Origin: Eledone cirrhosa
Taxonomy: Eukaryota
Assembly (NCBI GenBank): GCA_964016885.1
Contig: OZ024740.1
Span: 90,396,001-90,460,000 of the forward strand
DNA: 64,000 nucleotides
Direction of reading: 5' to 3'
Position 1 is the stretch's first letter. Every line of letters starts with the position of its first letter. A program made the translations under genes and the position numbers. The notes beneath the pieces were generated by a model. It was not told where the DNA came from, did no database searches, and was given only the letters and a program-made list of their open reading frames with translations. This document shows positions 41,780 through 57,976 of this stretch, piece by piece.

Positions 41780-42784
41780 GGAGAACATGATATGAAGGCT
41801 AAAAAACACTTGTGGATAGTGCAGTTTTAAATCAACATATGAAAAGTGGTTTTAGATTGATGTGTGATATTGGGAAAAATATTTTATTTAGAGAGGGGGG
41901 GGGAAAGGATGAAAAGGGAAGGAGATGAGAGGGAGAGATGGGTGATAGAGAGAAAGAGATAGTTTTTATAACTGAGAGGAGATATAATTTTTTACATAGA
42001 GAGGTTGAAAACCGTTGGAAGATACTGTATAAATTAAAAATTTTGAAAATTAACGCAGGGAGGATATGTGCGAGGAAAAAATATTTTATTTAGGGAGGGG
42101 GGGTGGAAAGGATGAAAAAAAGGGGGAGGAGATGAGAGTGAAGGTGGAGAGGGAGAGATGGGTGATAGAGAGAAAGAGATAGTTTTTATAACTGAGAAAA
42201 ATATATATTGTTTTAATATAGAGAGGTTGGGAACCGTTGGAAGATAATGTATAAATTAAAGGAATTTGAAAATTAACGAAGGGAAATTATGTATGAAGAT
42301 AGAGAGAAAAAAATAATAATTGTGGGTGAATATTCTAATGTCAAAAAAAGAAATGTATGTATTGTGGCAATTTCAAAATTAGCGAAGAGAAAAATTGTTA
42401 AGGTTTGTGTGTAGAAGGATTTGAGAAAAATAATGTGAAGTTAAAGTTTGTATATTGATTGAATTGATAATATGTGCGAATAAAGAGTTAATATGTATTA
42501 ATAATGAGTTCGTTGATGGGGAGAAAAAAATAATAATAAATTAAGGATGAAATTGAGATTAAAAAGATTTATGATAGAGAGAAAAAATAATAATGATTGC
42601 GGATGAATATTCTAATGACAAAACAAATGTTATGATTTTACAAGAAGATAGAATGAGGGTAATGTGTAAACGAGTATTATAGAGTGTATAATGCCCTTTA
42701 AAGTAAGGTAGATGGGTATATTTTAAAGAGGTGTATGTATATGTGCCTTTGAGAAAAGATTCTAAATTGATAAAGAATTGAATA

Positions 42785-43981
42785 TTAACTGTATACTTTG
42801 TGAAAAGTTCTATGGAATTTATGCAGGCAGATAGAAAACAAATCTGAGCGTCTATTTATTATAGAATCTAGGTTAGAGATAATGGTAAATTTTTCATTTA
42901 GGCAGAGATTACAGATTTTAGATAGAGAGCCGTTCAAGTATGAGGATGCAGAAGAAATCTTCTTCGAAAAGATGGTATATTTAATGTTTTTGTCTTTTAA
43001 GCACCATATGAATTCTGAGAGAGCAGTGTTAGTTCTTTTAATTTTGTATTTGAAAGATGAATGATGATTATAGAGACGAGCTTTAAAAGAGGTGGAAGTG
43101 GAGCCAAAATAGGTGAAGGAATTGGTGCTAGTTATAATTTTACATTCATAAATTAAGTTTTTATCGAGGCAATGGTTGTTGAGAGGACATTTATTTTTAA
43201 TGCGGCAGTTGCAATTAGAGAGATTATTAATGAGTGATCTAGTGTTATCTATAGAAGGAATTGGATTGGAGAAGTTGTTTGCGATAGGAATAATAGGAAT
43301 AATAGTTTCTTGATTTAGAGTTGGATTATGAACATTTAGCGAAGTTGTGTCTGACGTTGTATTTGGGTTTACAGAAGTTAGCCTAGGGTTTACAATGACG
43401 TCGGGAGTACTATTACTGTTATTATGAAATTCAATATTGGAAGGAAGAGATTTAGTATTTAATATTTTGTTGTTGTGTTTAGAGATGATGTTGGAAATAT
43501 TGGAGGATGTAGAATACGAAAATTTGATGGTGTGTTTGTTGAATATTTTACTATAGATATGTGAGGGAGGGAAGCATTTATTTAAGGCACTAAAAAATAA
43601 TTTAGGAATATTGTTATTAATAGAGATGGAGAAAGGAGCATTATACCAGATTATGTTTTTGTATCTAGGTCTTTTATTAAAATTATTGGAATGGTCATGA
43701 TTAATTATTCTACTGTAAGTTTTTCTAGAATTTGTTTCTTTATTATATTTGATTTTATCTGGATAGCCGGCTTTAGAAAGTGCGTTATTATAGTAATTGG
43801 CGTTAGCATCAAAGATGTTTTTATTAGAAGATATGTTAGATATTCTATTTCCAATATTATTAACTATAGCATTCTTGATATTGGTAGGATGGTTAGATTT
43901 AAAGTTAACATAATTAAGGTTTTCATTGTTTTTATGGTAAGGGTAATATATGCCAGTGTCAAGCTTAAGAGATACATCCAA
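42785..43981 (-). pseudogene. PLE A RT thumb + linker + GIY-YIG, open but 5'-truncated
   Basis: IIWYNAPFS, NKHTIKFSYS, CNCRIKNKCPL, LIYEC..YFGST..FKARLYNH, CNLCLNEK, ICLH. Confidence 0.88.
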
Positions 43982-44483
43982 GAAATTAGTTAGTTTGATA
44001 CTATTATCAAATTCAATTTTTTAGGTTATGTTGGTTAAAGAGATTACGTATATTGTTCTTAATAATATTAAGTTTAACTATATTGCAATTTAAGATAGTA
44101 AAGAGAACATCGTCACGATAAATTCCACCGCGAAGTTGAGGAATTTTCCGACTCAAAGAGTTCAAAATGAAGATACCAATTAAATCAGTCAATTGGGATG
44201 AATCGGATGCTCCCATTGTGATGTCGAAGTTATATTATTGCATGATGATGTTTGTTTTTGAAATGCGCATAATAAAATATATGGAACTCCTTTAACCATC
44301 TTTTGATCTTATATTATGCATACTCCAGTCCCACAAACTGTAGAGTGCTTCTTATCCGATATCTTCATTGCTTTATTGTACTACAATAAAACTCACCTCC
44401 TACATTAACTTGCTCCTTAACGGTTGAGCGCTTACTCTCATATTGGATACCTTTTGATGGTCCTTCACCTCTTCTTCTACAAC

Positions 44484-46886
44484 ATGGATTATTACAACAT
44501 AACCAATTCAACTAAAGACATTCCTATACCTGGTAAATCTGAATTCACCAAACTTCTTATTGAAAAAACTGACTCCTTCGTAAGAAGACTTAGATGGACA
44601 GCCTATTTCTATGACCAGCGCCTAAAAGGGAACTTTCATACCAAAGAACACAACTTCCTCGATCATCTTTTTAATTCTAGACGAAATCCTCCTTCCAACA
44701 AAAATCTAGTACAATTCGAGGAAGAATTAACTAAAATAATAAAAAATCTTAAATTCAAGAGATACCCTTACAAAGAACAAGAGCACCTTGTAAATCTCAA
44801 GAACACAATCTCTAACCTAAATTCCTCAAAAAATGTTTTAGTCCACTCTGACAAAACCAATAACCTATATGGTATTTCCAAGGATAATTATAACAACCTT
44901 ATCCTAAAGGAACTTAGGAAAAAGTATCGTAAAACCAACCATGAAAATTTAGAATGAATAAACCTTGAAGCCTCTGAGATTATGTCAACACTTGGCATTG
45001 AAAAAAAGACCGAACCATTCCTCCCAAGAACTCCGAGGATAAATCTCAAGGATCACAAAAGCAATTTTCGCACTGAACTACCTGTTAGATTAATCGCCCC
45101 CTCTAAATCTGATCTGGGGGTTGTTAGTAAAGCCATCTTGGATAGGATTATCCCACAGGTTAGTTCTAATTGCTCTTCTTTGAACCTAAATTTATGGTTT
45201 GGTACTTCTGAAGTGATTGGCTGGTTCAACAAATTGGATAATAAAAACAAACTAAAATTTATTCAATTTGATATTGCCAGCTACTATTCCTCCATTTCGC
45301 CTTCACTTCTCAATAATGCTCTATCTTTCGCACTTAAATATTCTGACATCACCACAGATGAACTTCACATCATCCTCACCGCACGTAAAACCATCCTAGA
45401 GTTCAACAACGAATATTGGACCAGAGCCGATACCTCTAACAACTTCGACATCACAATGGGAGCATCCGATTCATCCCAATTGACTGATTTAAATGGTATC
45501 TTCATTTTGAACTCTTTGAGTCGGAAAATTCCTCAACTTCGCGGTGGAATTTATCGTGACGATGGACTCTTTACTATCCTAAATTGCAATATAGTTAAAC
45601 TTAATATTATTAAGAACAATATACGTAATCTCTTTAACCAACATAACCTAAAAATTGAATTTGATAATAGTATCAAACTAGCTAATTTCTTGGATGTATC
45701 TCTTAATCTTGACACTGGCCTATATTACCCTTACCATAAAAACAATGAGAACCTTAATTATGTTAACTTTAAATCTAACCATCCTACCAATATCAAGAAT
45801 GCTATAGTTAATAATATTGGAAATAGAATATCTAACATATCTTCTAATAAAAACATCTTTGATGCTAACGCCAATTACTATAATAACGCACTTTCTAAAG
45901 CCGGCTATCCAGATAAAATCAAATATAATAAAGAAACAAATTCTAGAAAAACTTACAGTAGAATAATTAATCATGACCATTCCAATAATTTTAATAAAAG
46001 ACCTAGATACAAAAACATAATCTGGTATAATGCTCCTTTCTCCATCTCTATTAATAACAATATTCCTAAATTATTTTTTAGTGCCTTAAATAAATGCTTC
46101 CCTCCCTCACATATCTATAGTAAAATATTCAACAAACACACCATCAAATTTTCGTATCTACATCCTCCAATATTTCCAACATCATCTCTAAACACAACAA
46201 CAAAATATTAAATACTAAATCTCTTCCTTCCAATATTGAATTTCATAATAACAGTAATAGTACTCCCGACGTCATTGTAAACCCTAGGCTAACTTCTGTA
46301 TACCCAAATACAACGTCAAACACAACTTCGCTAAATGTTCATAATCCAACTCTAAATCAAGAAACTATTATTCCTATTATTCCTATCGCAAACAACTTCT
46401 CCAATCCAATTCCTTCTATAGATAACACTAGATCACTCATTAATAATCTCTCTAATTGCAACTGCCGCATTAAAAATAAATGTCCTCTCAACAACCATTG
46501 CCTCGATAAAAACTTAATTTATGAATGTAAAATTATAACTAGCACCAATTCCTTCACCTATTTTGGCTCCACTTCCACCTCTTTTAAAGCTCGTCTCTAT
46601 AATCATCATTCCTCTTTCAAATACAAACTTAAAAGAACTAACACTGCTCTCTCAGAACTCATATGGTCCTTAAAAGACAAAAACATTAAATATACCATCT
46701 TTTGGAAGAAGATTTCTTCTGCATCCTCATACTTGAACAGCTCTCTATCTAAAATCTGTAATCTCTGCCTAAATGAAAAATTTACCATTATCTCTAACCT
46801 AGATTCTATAATAAATAGACGCTCAGATTTGTTTTCTATCTGCCTGCATACATTCCATAGAACTTTTCACAAAGTATACGGTTAAT
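44484..46886 (+). pseudogene. PLE A RT + GIY-YIG ORF with one in-frame TGA (44955-44957) and a 1-nt deletion (~46157)
   Basis: KDIPIP..LIEKTDSFVRRLRW, LKDHK, FDIASYYSSI, MGASDS, YRDDG, FLDV. The frameshift is seen by comparison with the inverted copy. Confidence 0.88.
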
Positions 46887-47092
46887 ATTCAATTCTTTAT
46901 CAATTTAGAATCTTTTCTCAAAGGCACATATACATACACCTCTTTAAAATATACCCATCTACCTTACTTTAAAGGGCATTATACACTCTATAATACTCGT
47001 TTACTAATTACCCTCATTCTATCTTCTTGTAAAATCATAACATTTGTTTTGTCATTAGAATATTCATCCGCAATCATTATTATTTTTTCTCT

Positions 47093-47281
47093 ATGGCCAG
47101 TGGATTGGCAGTATCGGTAGAGGGTCGGACGCCATGCTTTGACGCATAGAGTTACGGCCCTTGCCATTCTGAGTTCAAATCCCGCCGAGGTTAACTTTGC
47201 CTTTCATCCTTATGGGGTCGATAAAATAAAGTACCAGTAATACACTGGGTAATTGCTGGCCTTGTGCCAAAAGTAGAAACA
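47093..47281 (+). mobile_element. SINE inserted in PLE A 3' UTR, 17-bp TSD
   Basis: TSD attattattttttctct at 47076-47092 and 47282-47298. The empty site is present in the inverted arm (~42575-42600). Confidence 0.93.
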
Positions 47282-48095
47282 ATTATTATTTTTTCTCTCT
47301 ATCATAAATCTTTTTAATCTCAATTTCATCCTTAATTTATTATTATTTTTTTCTCCCCATCAACGAACTCATTATTAATACATATTAACGCTTTATTCGC
47401 ACATATTATCAATTCAATCAATATACAAACTTTAACTTCACATTATTTTTCTCAAATCCTTCTACACACAAACCTTAACAATTTTTCTCTTCGCTAATTT
47501 TGAAATTGCCACAATACATACATTTCTTTTTTTGACATTAGAATATTCACCCACAATTATTATTTTTTTCTCTCTATCTTCATACATAATTTCCCTTCGT
47601 TAATTTTCAAATTCCTTTAATTTATACATTATCTTCCAACGGTTCCCAACCTCTCTATATTAAAACAATATATCTTTTTCTCAGTTATAAAATCTATCTC
47701 TTTCTCTCTATCACCCATCTCTCCCTCTCCACCTTCACTCTCATCTCCTCCCCCTTTTTTTTCATCCTTTCCACCCCCCTCCCTAAATAAAATATTTTTT
47801 CCTCGCACATATCCTCCCTTCGTTAATTTTCAAAATTTTTAATTCATACAGTATCTTCCAACGGTTTTCAACCTCCCTATGTAAACAATTATATCTCCTC
47901 TCAGTTATAAAAACTATCTCTTTCTCTCTATCACCCATCTTTCCCTCTCATCTCCTTCCCTTTTCATCCTTTCCCCCCCCTCTCTAAATAAAATATTTTT
48001 CCCAATATCACACATCAATCTAAAACCACTTTTCATATGTTGATTTAAAACTGCACTATCCACAAGTGATTTTTAGCCTTCATATCATGTTCTCC

Positions 48096-48166
48096 TATTT
48101 TATCTGATGAAAACACAAATATTATTGCATGATGATGTTTGTTTTTAAAATGCGCATAATAAAATA
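48096..48166 (+). ncRNA. Hammerhead of PLE A, likely inactivated (GAAA to AAAA at 48147)
   Basis: Same motif as 41709-41779 with a core substitution. Confidence 0.7.
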
Positions 48167-48290
48167 TATGGAACTCCTTTAACCATCTTTTGATCTTATA
48201 TTATGCATACTCCAGTCCCACAAACTCTAGAGTGCTTCTTATCCGATATCTGCATTGCTTTATTGTACTACAATAAAACTCACCTCCTAC

Positions 48291-48291
<1 letters not shown>

Positions 48292-48324
<33 letters not shown>

Positions 48325-48484
48325 ACACATACACACACACATATATATATACACACTCACTCTCACGCACATATATATATACATATACATATATATATAT
48401 ATATACATATATATACACACACATATATACATATATATATACACACATATATACACACACATATATACACACCTGCCCACACAC

Positions 48485-48517
<33 letters not shown>

Positions 48518-48526
48518 TACACACAT

Positions 48527-48615
<89 letters not shown>

Positions 48616-48900
48616 CACACATATATATATATATACATACACATACACATACATACACACATACATACATACACATACACATACATACACATATATACAC
48701 ATATATATATATATACATATATATATACACATATATATACATATATACATATATATACAGACATAAATATACACACATAAAACGCATATACACACAAACA
48801 TATATATATATATATACATACACATACATATACACACATACAACCAAATATATACACATACAAATAAATAAGTACTCACTAAATAAATATACGCATATAC
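48292..48900. repeat. Compound (AT)/(AC) microsatellite tract
   Basis: Seen directly. Confidence 0.93.
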
Positions 48901-49044
48901 GCAGGCACATAAAAACACCTCTACAGGCAGAAAATGTAGATACGAAAGAGGTACTCACATAACCATAGTGGCCGTATTTCAGGTTGAGGAGGGGTGGGGG
49001 TAGGGTGGAGAGGAGGTATAGGGGCCAATAGAGGGAGGTCGTTT

Positions 49045-50454
49045 TTAGCCATCGGGCTTTAACACTGGCTTAAAGTGTTCGAAAGTTGCAAAGTTCTTGT
49101 GCATGCAGTGTTCAGAGAGTTTGTTCAGTAGCGGGCCCTTGGCGAATAAAATCTCGTAGCTCTCTGAAATACAAAGGTCGCAGCCCTTGTGTCCTCCGTA
49201 GTAAGAGCGCGCTCTCTGGAGTATTTTCCATTTAAGCGTGAAGGGGGTGGAGTTCCTTTTGAGGTCCCAAACGTAGGAGGCGAGTGTTGTCTGATTTGAT
49301 TCATCCGGTCCTCTGAAGGAGTGGGTATGGGCATACCAACGGGTCTTAAAGTTGTTGGAGGTCATGCCGATGTAAGTTTTTTTGCAATCCTCGGTGCCTG
49401 AGATGACATCGCATTTGTATACGATATCATTTGTGAGGCATTTGTTTTCAAGTGGGCATGCTTCCTTATTTAGGCAATTACATAGAGCCCCAGTCCGGGG
49501 ATTGGTTTCGGAGGTGGTTGGCTTATTTAATTTTTTAGAATTGTGGTTGGCTATATTCCTAGTTAGGTTAGGTGTGGTGGAGTAAGACAGTTTTATTGTG
49601 TTCTTATTAAAGATGGTGTGGTACCTATGTTGTATGGGGAAGTGTAATTTCAGTAAAGTGAAGGAAATCCTAGCTATCGGAGTAGATACCTCTCTATTGA
49701 AGGGAGGGTTGTACCAGCTAATCTGCCTATGTCTATTCCTCCTCTGCAATCTTGCGGTGGTTTCTAGGTAAGTTATCTTATCTTTAAATCCGCTACGGGC
49801 GAGGGCGTCATTGTAGTAGGAGGCAGATGCATTAATAATATCTTTGTTGGCGGAGAGGCCAGATATTCTAATAGAGACGCTTTTAACTATGTTATCAGTG
49901 ATGTTTTGGAGGTGGTTTGAATTAACATTAATATATTTAAGGGACTCGTTAGGTTTGTGGTACGGGTAATAGAGGGAAGTATCTAGGTCGAGAGTGACAT
50001 CTAAGAAGTTGGCCCTAGTCAAATTAGAATCTATAGTTATACTAAATCCTAGATTAGAGAAGAAAGAGCTTAAGTTTTTCCGAAACCCATCGGTGGTTCT
50101 GGGGTTAACCTTATGCAGTGCGAAGAGGCCGTCGTCTCGGTATAAACCTCCCGTTAGGCCGGTAAAGAGGTTCTTCAGGTTATGTAGGATGTACAGGCCC
50201 ACAAGGTAGCTAATTTCAGCCGAGTCACTCGCCCCCATGCTAACGTCAAATGGGGTCTGAGATTTCTTGTTGATCCAGTAAGATCCATCGTGGTATAGAA
50301 AGGTCTTACGAGCGTGGAGGATAACAACTTGCTCAGCATCGGTAATGGTGGTAAAATTCCTAGCAAAGTTAATTGCGTCCTTCAGAGGGGCTCCGAGATA
50401 GAGGCATAGTAGTTTTCTATGTCGAGTTGCAGGAAGCGAGTGTGGTGTTTATCG
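49045..50454 (-). pseudogene. Naiad-like PLE B, 5'-truncated RT + GIY-YIG ORF
   Basis: LQLDIENYY, MGASDSAE, YRDDG, WYNPPF, NKNTIKLSYSTTPN, CNCLNKEACPL, IVYKC..YIGMT, CDLCISE. Confidence 0.9.
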
Positions 50455-50892
50455 AATCTCCCTTTTCTTTAATTCTATCGACCGTGACTGACCCCCCCAC
50501 TGATCTTATAGACATCTGTTAGCTTAAGAGAAACTTAATGACAAGGAATGGTATGCCATCCGGAACCTGTTTATAGAATTCTGTCTGCCCTTGTTACTCT
50601 AAAAACATAAATAAATGAAAATAAACTATAGCTTTGTAGAATTAGCTTTTAATGAATTCCCTTTTCTTTCAACCAATGACCTACACCCATCCCACTCCCC
50701 ACCCTCTCATACCACTTGTAGAGACCTATAAATACCATTTTTTTATTTTTTGATACCCATATTCCTGATGATTTCTAAAGAATGAAACAGTTCTAGTCCT
50801 GTAGAATCTCATCTATATTAAAACTTTTGTACTCTGCTATGTATTGAGTACCTTACTTACTGTGGTTACCTCCGATTCAACCTGGAATAACG
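50455..50892 (+). mobile_element. Inverted 3'-terminal repeat joined to the truncated 5' end of PLE B
   Basis: Reverse complement of 38825-39190 plus a ~70-nt extension, followed by (TA)n. Confidence 0.8.
50761..50807 (+). ncRNA. Type I hammerhead ribozyme
   Basis: attc-CTGATGA-tttct aa agaat-GAAA-cag ttctagtc ctg-TA-gaat. Confidence 0.75.
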
Positions 50893-50920
50893 TATATATA
50901 TAGATATATAGATCTATATC

Positions 50921-54056
<3,136 letters not shown>

Positions 54057-54126
54057 TATATATATATAAATATATATATATTTATATATATGTATATATA
54101 TATATCTATCTATATATATATTTATA

Positions 54127-54192
<66 letters not shown>

Positions 54193-54206
54193 TATACATA
54201 TCTATA

Positions 54207-54244
<38 letters not shown>

Positions 54245-55299
54245 TATGTGTGTATGAGTATGTGTGTGCACATGTATATATTTCATTGCGTGTTCAATTT
54301 TACAATACTGGAGACACATCTAATTCTTCATAATATATAAGTTGTATAGAGTTAAATGTAGCTTATTGAATTAAATCTGTAGATGAAAATATGTTCCTTC
54401 CAGTAGATATTATAACCCACCACATTTTCATATTTAAATCCGTCCGATTAAAATGTTCCAAGTGTTCCATCAATTCTCCTCGCTGAATAATTTTAATTAA
54501 AACTAATGTGGTGAGATATAAATGTTTTATGCAGGTATAAACCTTTCAGTATTCTCTGTTGTTAAGTTAACACACGAGCATTTTCGTAAGTAAGCACATG
54601 TTGATATACACATATATATTTTGTATTAAAGCAAGCCTATGTGCATCTATGATTGTACGTTTGTTTGATTGTATATACAATTGTTTGTTTAATATTTTAT
54701 AATATTTCTATTTGCAAATTTAAACATGACGTATCTATAGCGACATGTAAATATTGTATGAGATATATTGAAAATTTTGAATTAAATAAAACGAAATGTA
54801 TGTACAGGTGATACGGTTAAATGAAATAATAATATGTACTGAAAATAGTTGTAGTTTTACTATAATTTTGCTAATAAAATTACAATTTGTAAATATACAA
54901 AATGCATTAAAACATCGGAAATCAAAATAAAACATTTGCAATATCACAGACATATATGATATGAAATAAAATAGAAAAGCTGTGAAACAATAAGTGAGTT
55001 ATATCCATACTACTATATTAATTTAAAATGTAATTAACATTTAAATTGAAATGAATTGATGAAATGAAAACAATATTTCCATATATTTTCCCTCAATGCT
55101 TCAGACAAATAGATGTATTGACTCATATCCGTATCATTTTATAAGTTTCATTAGCAATAATTTTCTCTCTCATTGGTTCACATTTTTCTTTCTTTTGTTT
55201 CCATTCCTAAAATACTGCGATAAGTATAATAAACATTAGCAGTGTAAAATATTCCCTATGAGTATTCATGCTTTCAAGCTTTACATTGTGTCCACCTGA

Positions 55300-55460
55300 C
55301 CTTGGCAAATAAGTTATCCATATATGAACTCGACATTTAAAAATGTAATGTACATTTCTACAAAATTTCAAGATACACTCTGTCGCCTTATTCTTAATTT
55401 TGATAGTAGTTATTTGACAGTCTCTGTCCCAATTATTCACTACATGTGTTAGATGTATCT
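55300..55460 (-). other. Candidate exon (IHLTHVVNNWDRDC..WITYLP)
   Basis: tttctctag| open frame ..CCA AG|gtcagg. Confidence 0.3.
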
Positions 55461-55655
55461 AGAGAAATTTTGATTATTTCCACGCACAACATACCACATT
55501 TTACTAGTCCATATATGAAAAAAATCCATGCCATTAAGCAAACATGTTCAAACAGCTTAACGACACGCACACACTCAATTATGGAGAGCCTACAACTCTG
55601 AAATAGTCTGTATTACGCGTATAAAAACGTCTCATAAATTCACGAGTCTCGTCAT

Positions 55656-55695
55656 TTTACTACTACTACTACTGCTGCTGAAGCTACTGCTGCTG

Positions 55696-55739
<44 letters not shown>

Positions 55740-55800
55740 GCTACTACTACTACTACTACTACTACGACGACGACGACGACGACGACGGCGGCTGCTGCTG
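55656..55800. repeat. (TAC/TGC/GAC)n microsatellite
   Basis: Seen directly. Confidence 0.92.
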
Positions 55801-56103
55801 TTGATGCTGATGTTAATTCAACGCATGCTGTCAGCTACCGATGTATATACACGCAATCCCAACTTTTTTACAAATCTAAACTTCGTATTAATCCCTCTAC
55901 TTGATGTAAATTACACTCTTTAAATGAGAAAAACACATCAAAACATGATATAGTGTCGTCATGATGGCCTTGTTTCCTTCAAAGCAACAAAAAAATCAAA
56001 GCCACCACATAATTATTAATCTCGTATAACTAAATATTTCAAAATTATTTCGAGGTTATGGCATCGTTAACGATCTCACATGGCGGTCACACATATTCTA
56101 TAG

Positions 56104-56393
56104 CAGTCATGGGCAACCTGTGGCCAGCGAAACTTTGTGAATGGCTCTCCTAAGTCACCTAAGTGAAATCTTTCTCATTTTTTTACGCCACCTTTTCATT
56201 CATAATTTATCTTTCTATCATTTTGCGATCGAGGAAAACAACGTGTACAGATTCTGAAGAAACAAATCAAAACATCCTGAGTTACGCCTTTTTTTTATGT
56301 GGGCACGACTGTAAATTACCGCTTGCGGCCCACCTTATGATGAGCCATATCTCACGCGGCTCTCTTCTCGAAAAAAGTTGTTGCCCATGTCTG
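56104..56393. mobile_element. hAT (Charlie-type) non-autonomous MITE
   Basis: TIRs cagtcatgggcaac / gttgcccatgtctg. 8-bp TSD ttctatag / gtctatag (7 of 8 match). Confidence 0.82.
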
Positions 56394-56998
56394 GTCTATA
56401 GCCTGCATCACAAAGGTTTGCATTCTTCCTACACATGCAACTAATGAATATCTACACATTATTTCGAGACCTATAATGGAATAGAGCTCGCACATCCATA
56501 GCGGTTCAGCTCCTACACATACGTACCTTGTAGACATGTGATCACTTACTGAATCGAAATCAAGTCGCTTCAAAACACTTACCGAACATTAATCAACACA
56601 CCGGCAGTCCCTACTTTCTCTACCCAATTACACTATACTTCAATTTACGAATCAATCTGAGAGCTTGCCGAAACCTTTCCCTATTATTCAGTTTTTTCTC
56701 TTCGCTTAAACATTGATCTACACATTTCTCCGACCTCAAGATTACTACTCCAGGTTAACCATAATTGAAACGATGTCTGTTGGTAACTCCATATATTTCC
56801 TTCGACAGACGTGGATTTTCCTGACTTCATGTCTAAAGCGGTCCGCATCAATGGTGTTCATTAATAGAGTCGCGTAATCCAGGCACATAGACCCACATTC
56901 CAGATTAAAGGACCTAAATTTATTTTTTAAATATTTTTTGCATGCATTTATTTCAACGAAATTAAAAAACACACTTTAAAGTAAGCCTGACTATTCTT

Positions 56999-57043
<45 letters not shown>

Positions 57044-57104
57044 TATATTTCGTTTCTGAATTTGTTTAGCAAGATTCTTTATCTGAAATCGTGTGTTGAA
57101 ACCA

Positions 57105-57362
57105 ATATTGTTATACTTTGGGAGGGTCATGTTACCAATAAGGTACACACGCACAAGATGCTTTCACTTCAATTTATTATAATAAATTTATAAATTTATA
57201 AATTTATAAATTTAAGAACTTTGACAATATATAAACAACTATCTGGTTGTGGAACCAACCAACCACCCAGAAATTCATAAATTTATAAATTTATAAATTG
57301 ATTATAATAAATTGAAGTGAAATCACTATTGGCAACATGACCCTCCCAAAGTATAACAATAT
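57105..57362. repeat. Inverted repeat pair in (TA)n with (TTTATAAA)n core
   Basis: tattgttatactttgggagggtcatgtt versus aacatgaccctcccaaagtataacaata. Confidence 0.75.
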
Positions 57363-57439
57363 ATATATATATAAATATATATGTATAGAGAGAGAGAGAT
57401 AAATATACACGGGTGTGTATGATTGTGTATAGAAGATTA

Positions 57440-57895
57440 TATTAATAAGAGGAATTCCAACTTTGTCTGATTTACTCGTTTTATTTACAATCCTTTAAAA
57501 TTTATAATGGTATTATAATGAAATAGTATGATAGAATATTAAATGTTAAGTGTTAATTGAACAAGTACTTTCAGGCTTTCGCAATCTTCAGGTTCATGAT
57601 GTGTGGTGACAGTCAAGTTTGCGATTTTCAACTGTAATGAGAAGGGTAAATGTTGTACCTTATATACAGTGAAAAGTGGCTCCAGAATGCTAACTCTTGC
57701 AAACTGTATTTCGACCAATCGGTGTGTAGTTTCACTGAATTACTAAAGCTGATTGGTTTAAGCGTCACTGTTGGTTGAGCATGTCTAACGACCAATAATT
57801 GATCCTATCTAAAGCATCAATTGTTTTTCTATTTTTAGAAATGATGAAAATAGCATTTTCTAGTAATCATCACCATCAACGTCACTTTTATTATT

Positions 57896-57976
<81 letters not shown>

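Larger units (their letters stand above)
41673..44231 (-). mobile_element. Naiad-like PLE A, 5'-truncated inverted copy
   Basis: Reverse complement of ~45440-48203 (minus the SINE). ORFs 44013-44216 and 42785-43981. Confidence 0.93.
44232..48291 (+). mobile_element. Naiad-like PLE A, full length with direct pseudo-LTRs (44232-44404 and ~48119-48291)
   Basis: Direct terminal repeats of ~170 bp, a single RT-GIY-YIG ORF and a ~1.2-kb pyrimidine-rich 3' UTR. Confidence 0.93.

Noticed and set aside
44955-44957. In-frame TGA in the Naiad-like ORF as selenocysteine (some Naiads are known to recode UGA)
   Set aside because: It lies in ENLE*INLEA, not at a conserved Cys position. All conserved Cys are TGC/TGT and I could not see a SECIS, so a point mutation is more likely. 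SECISearch and the family consensus would settle it.
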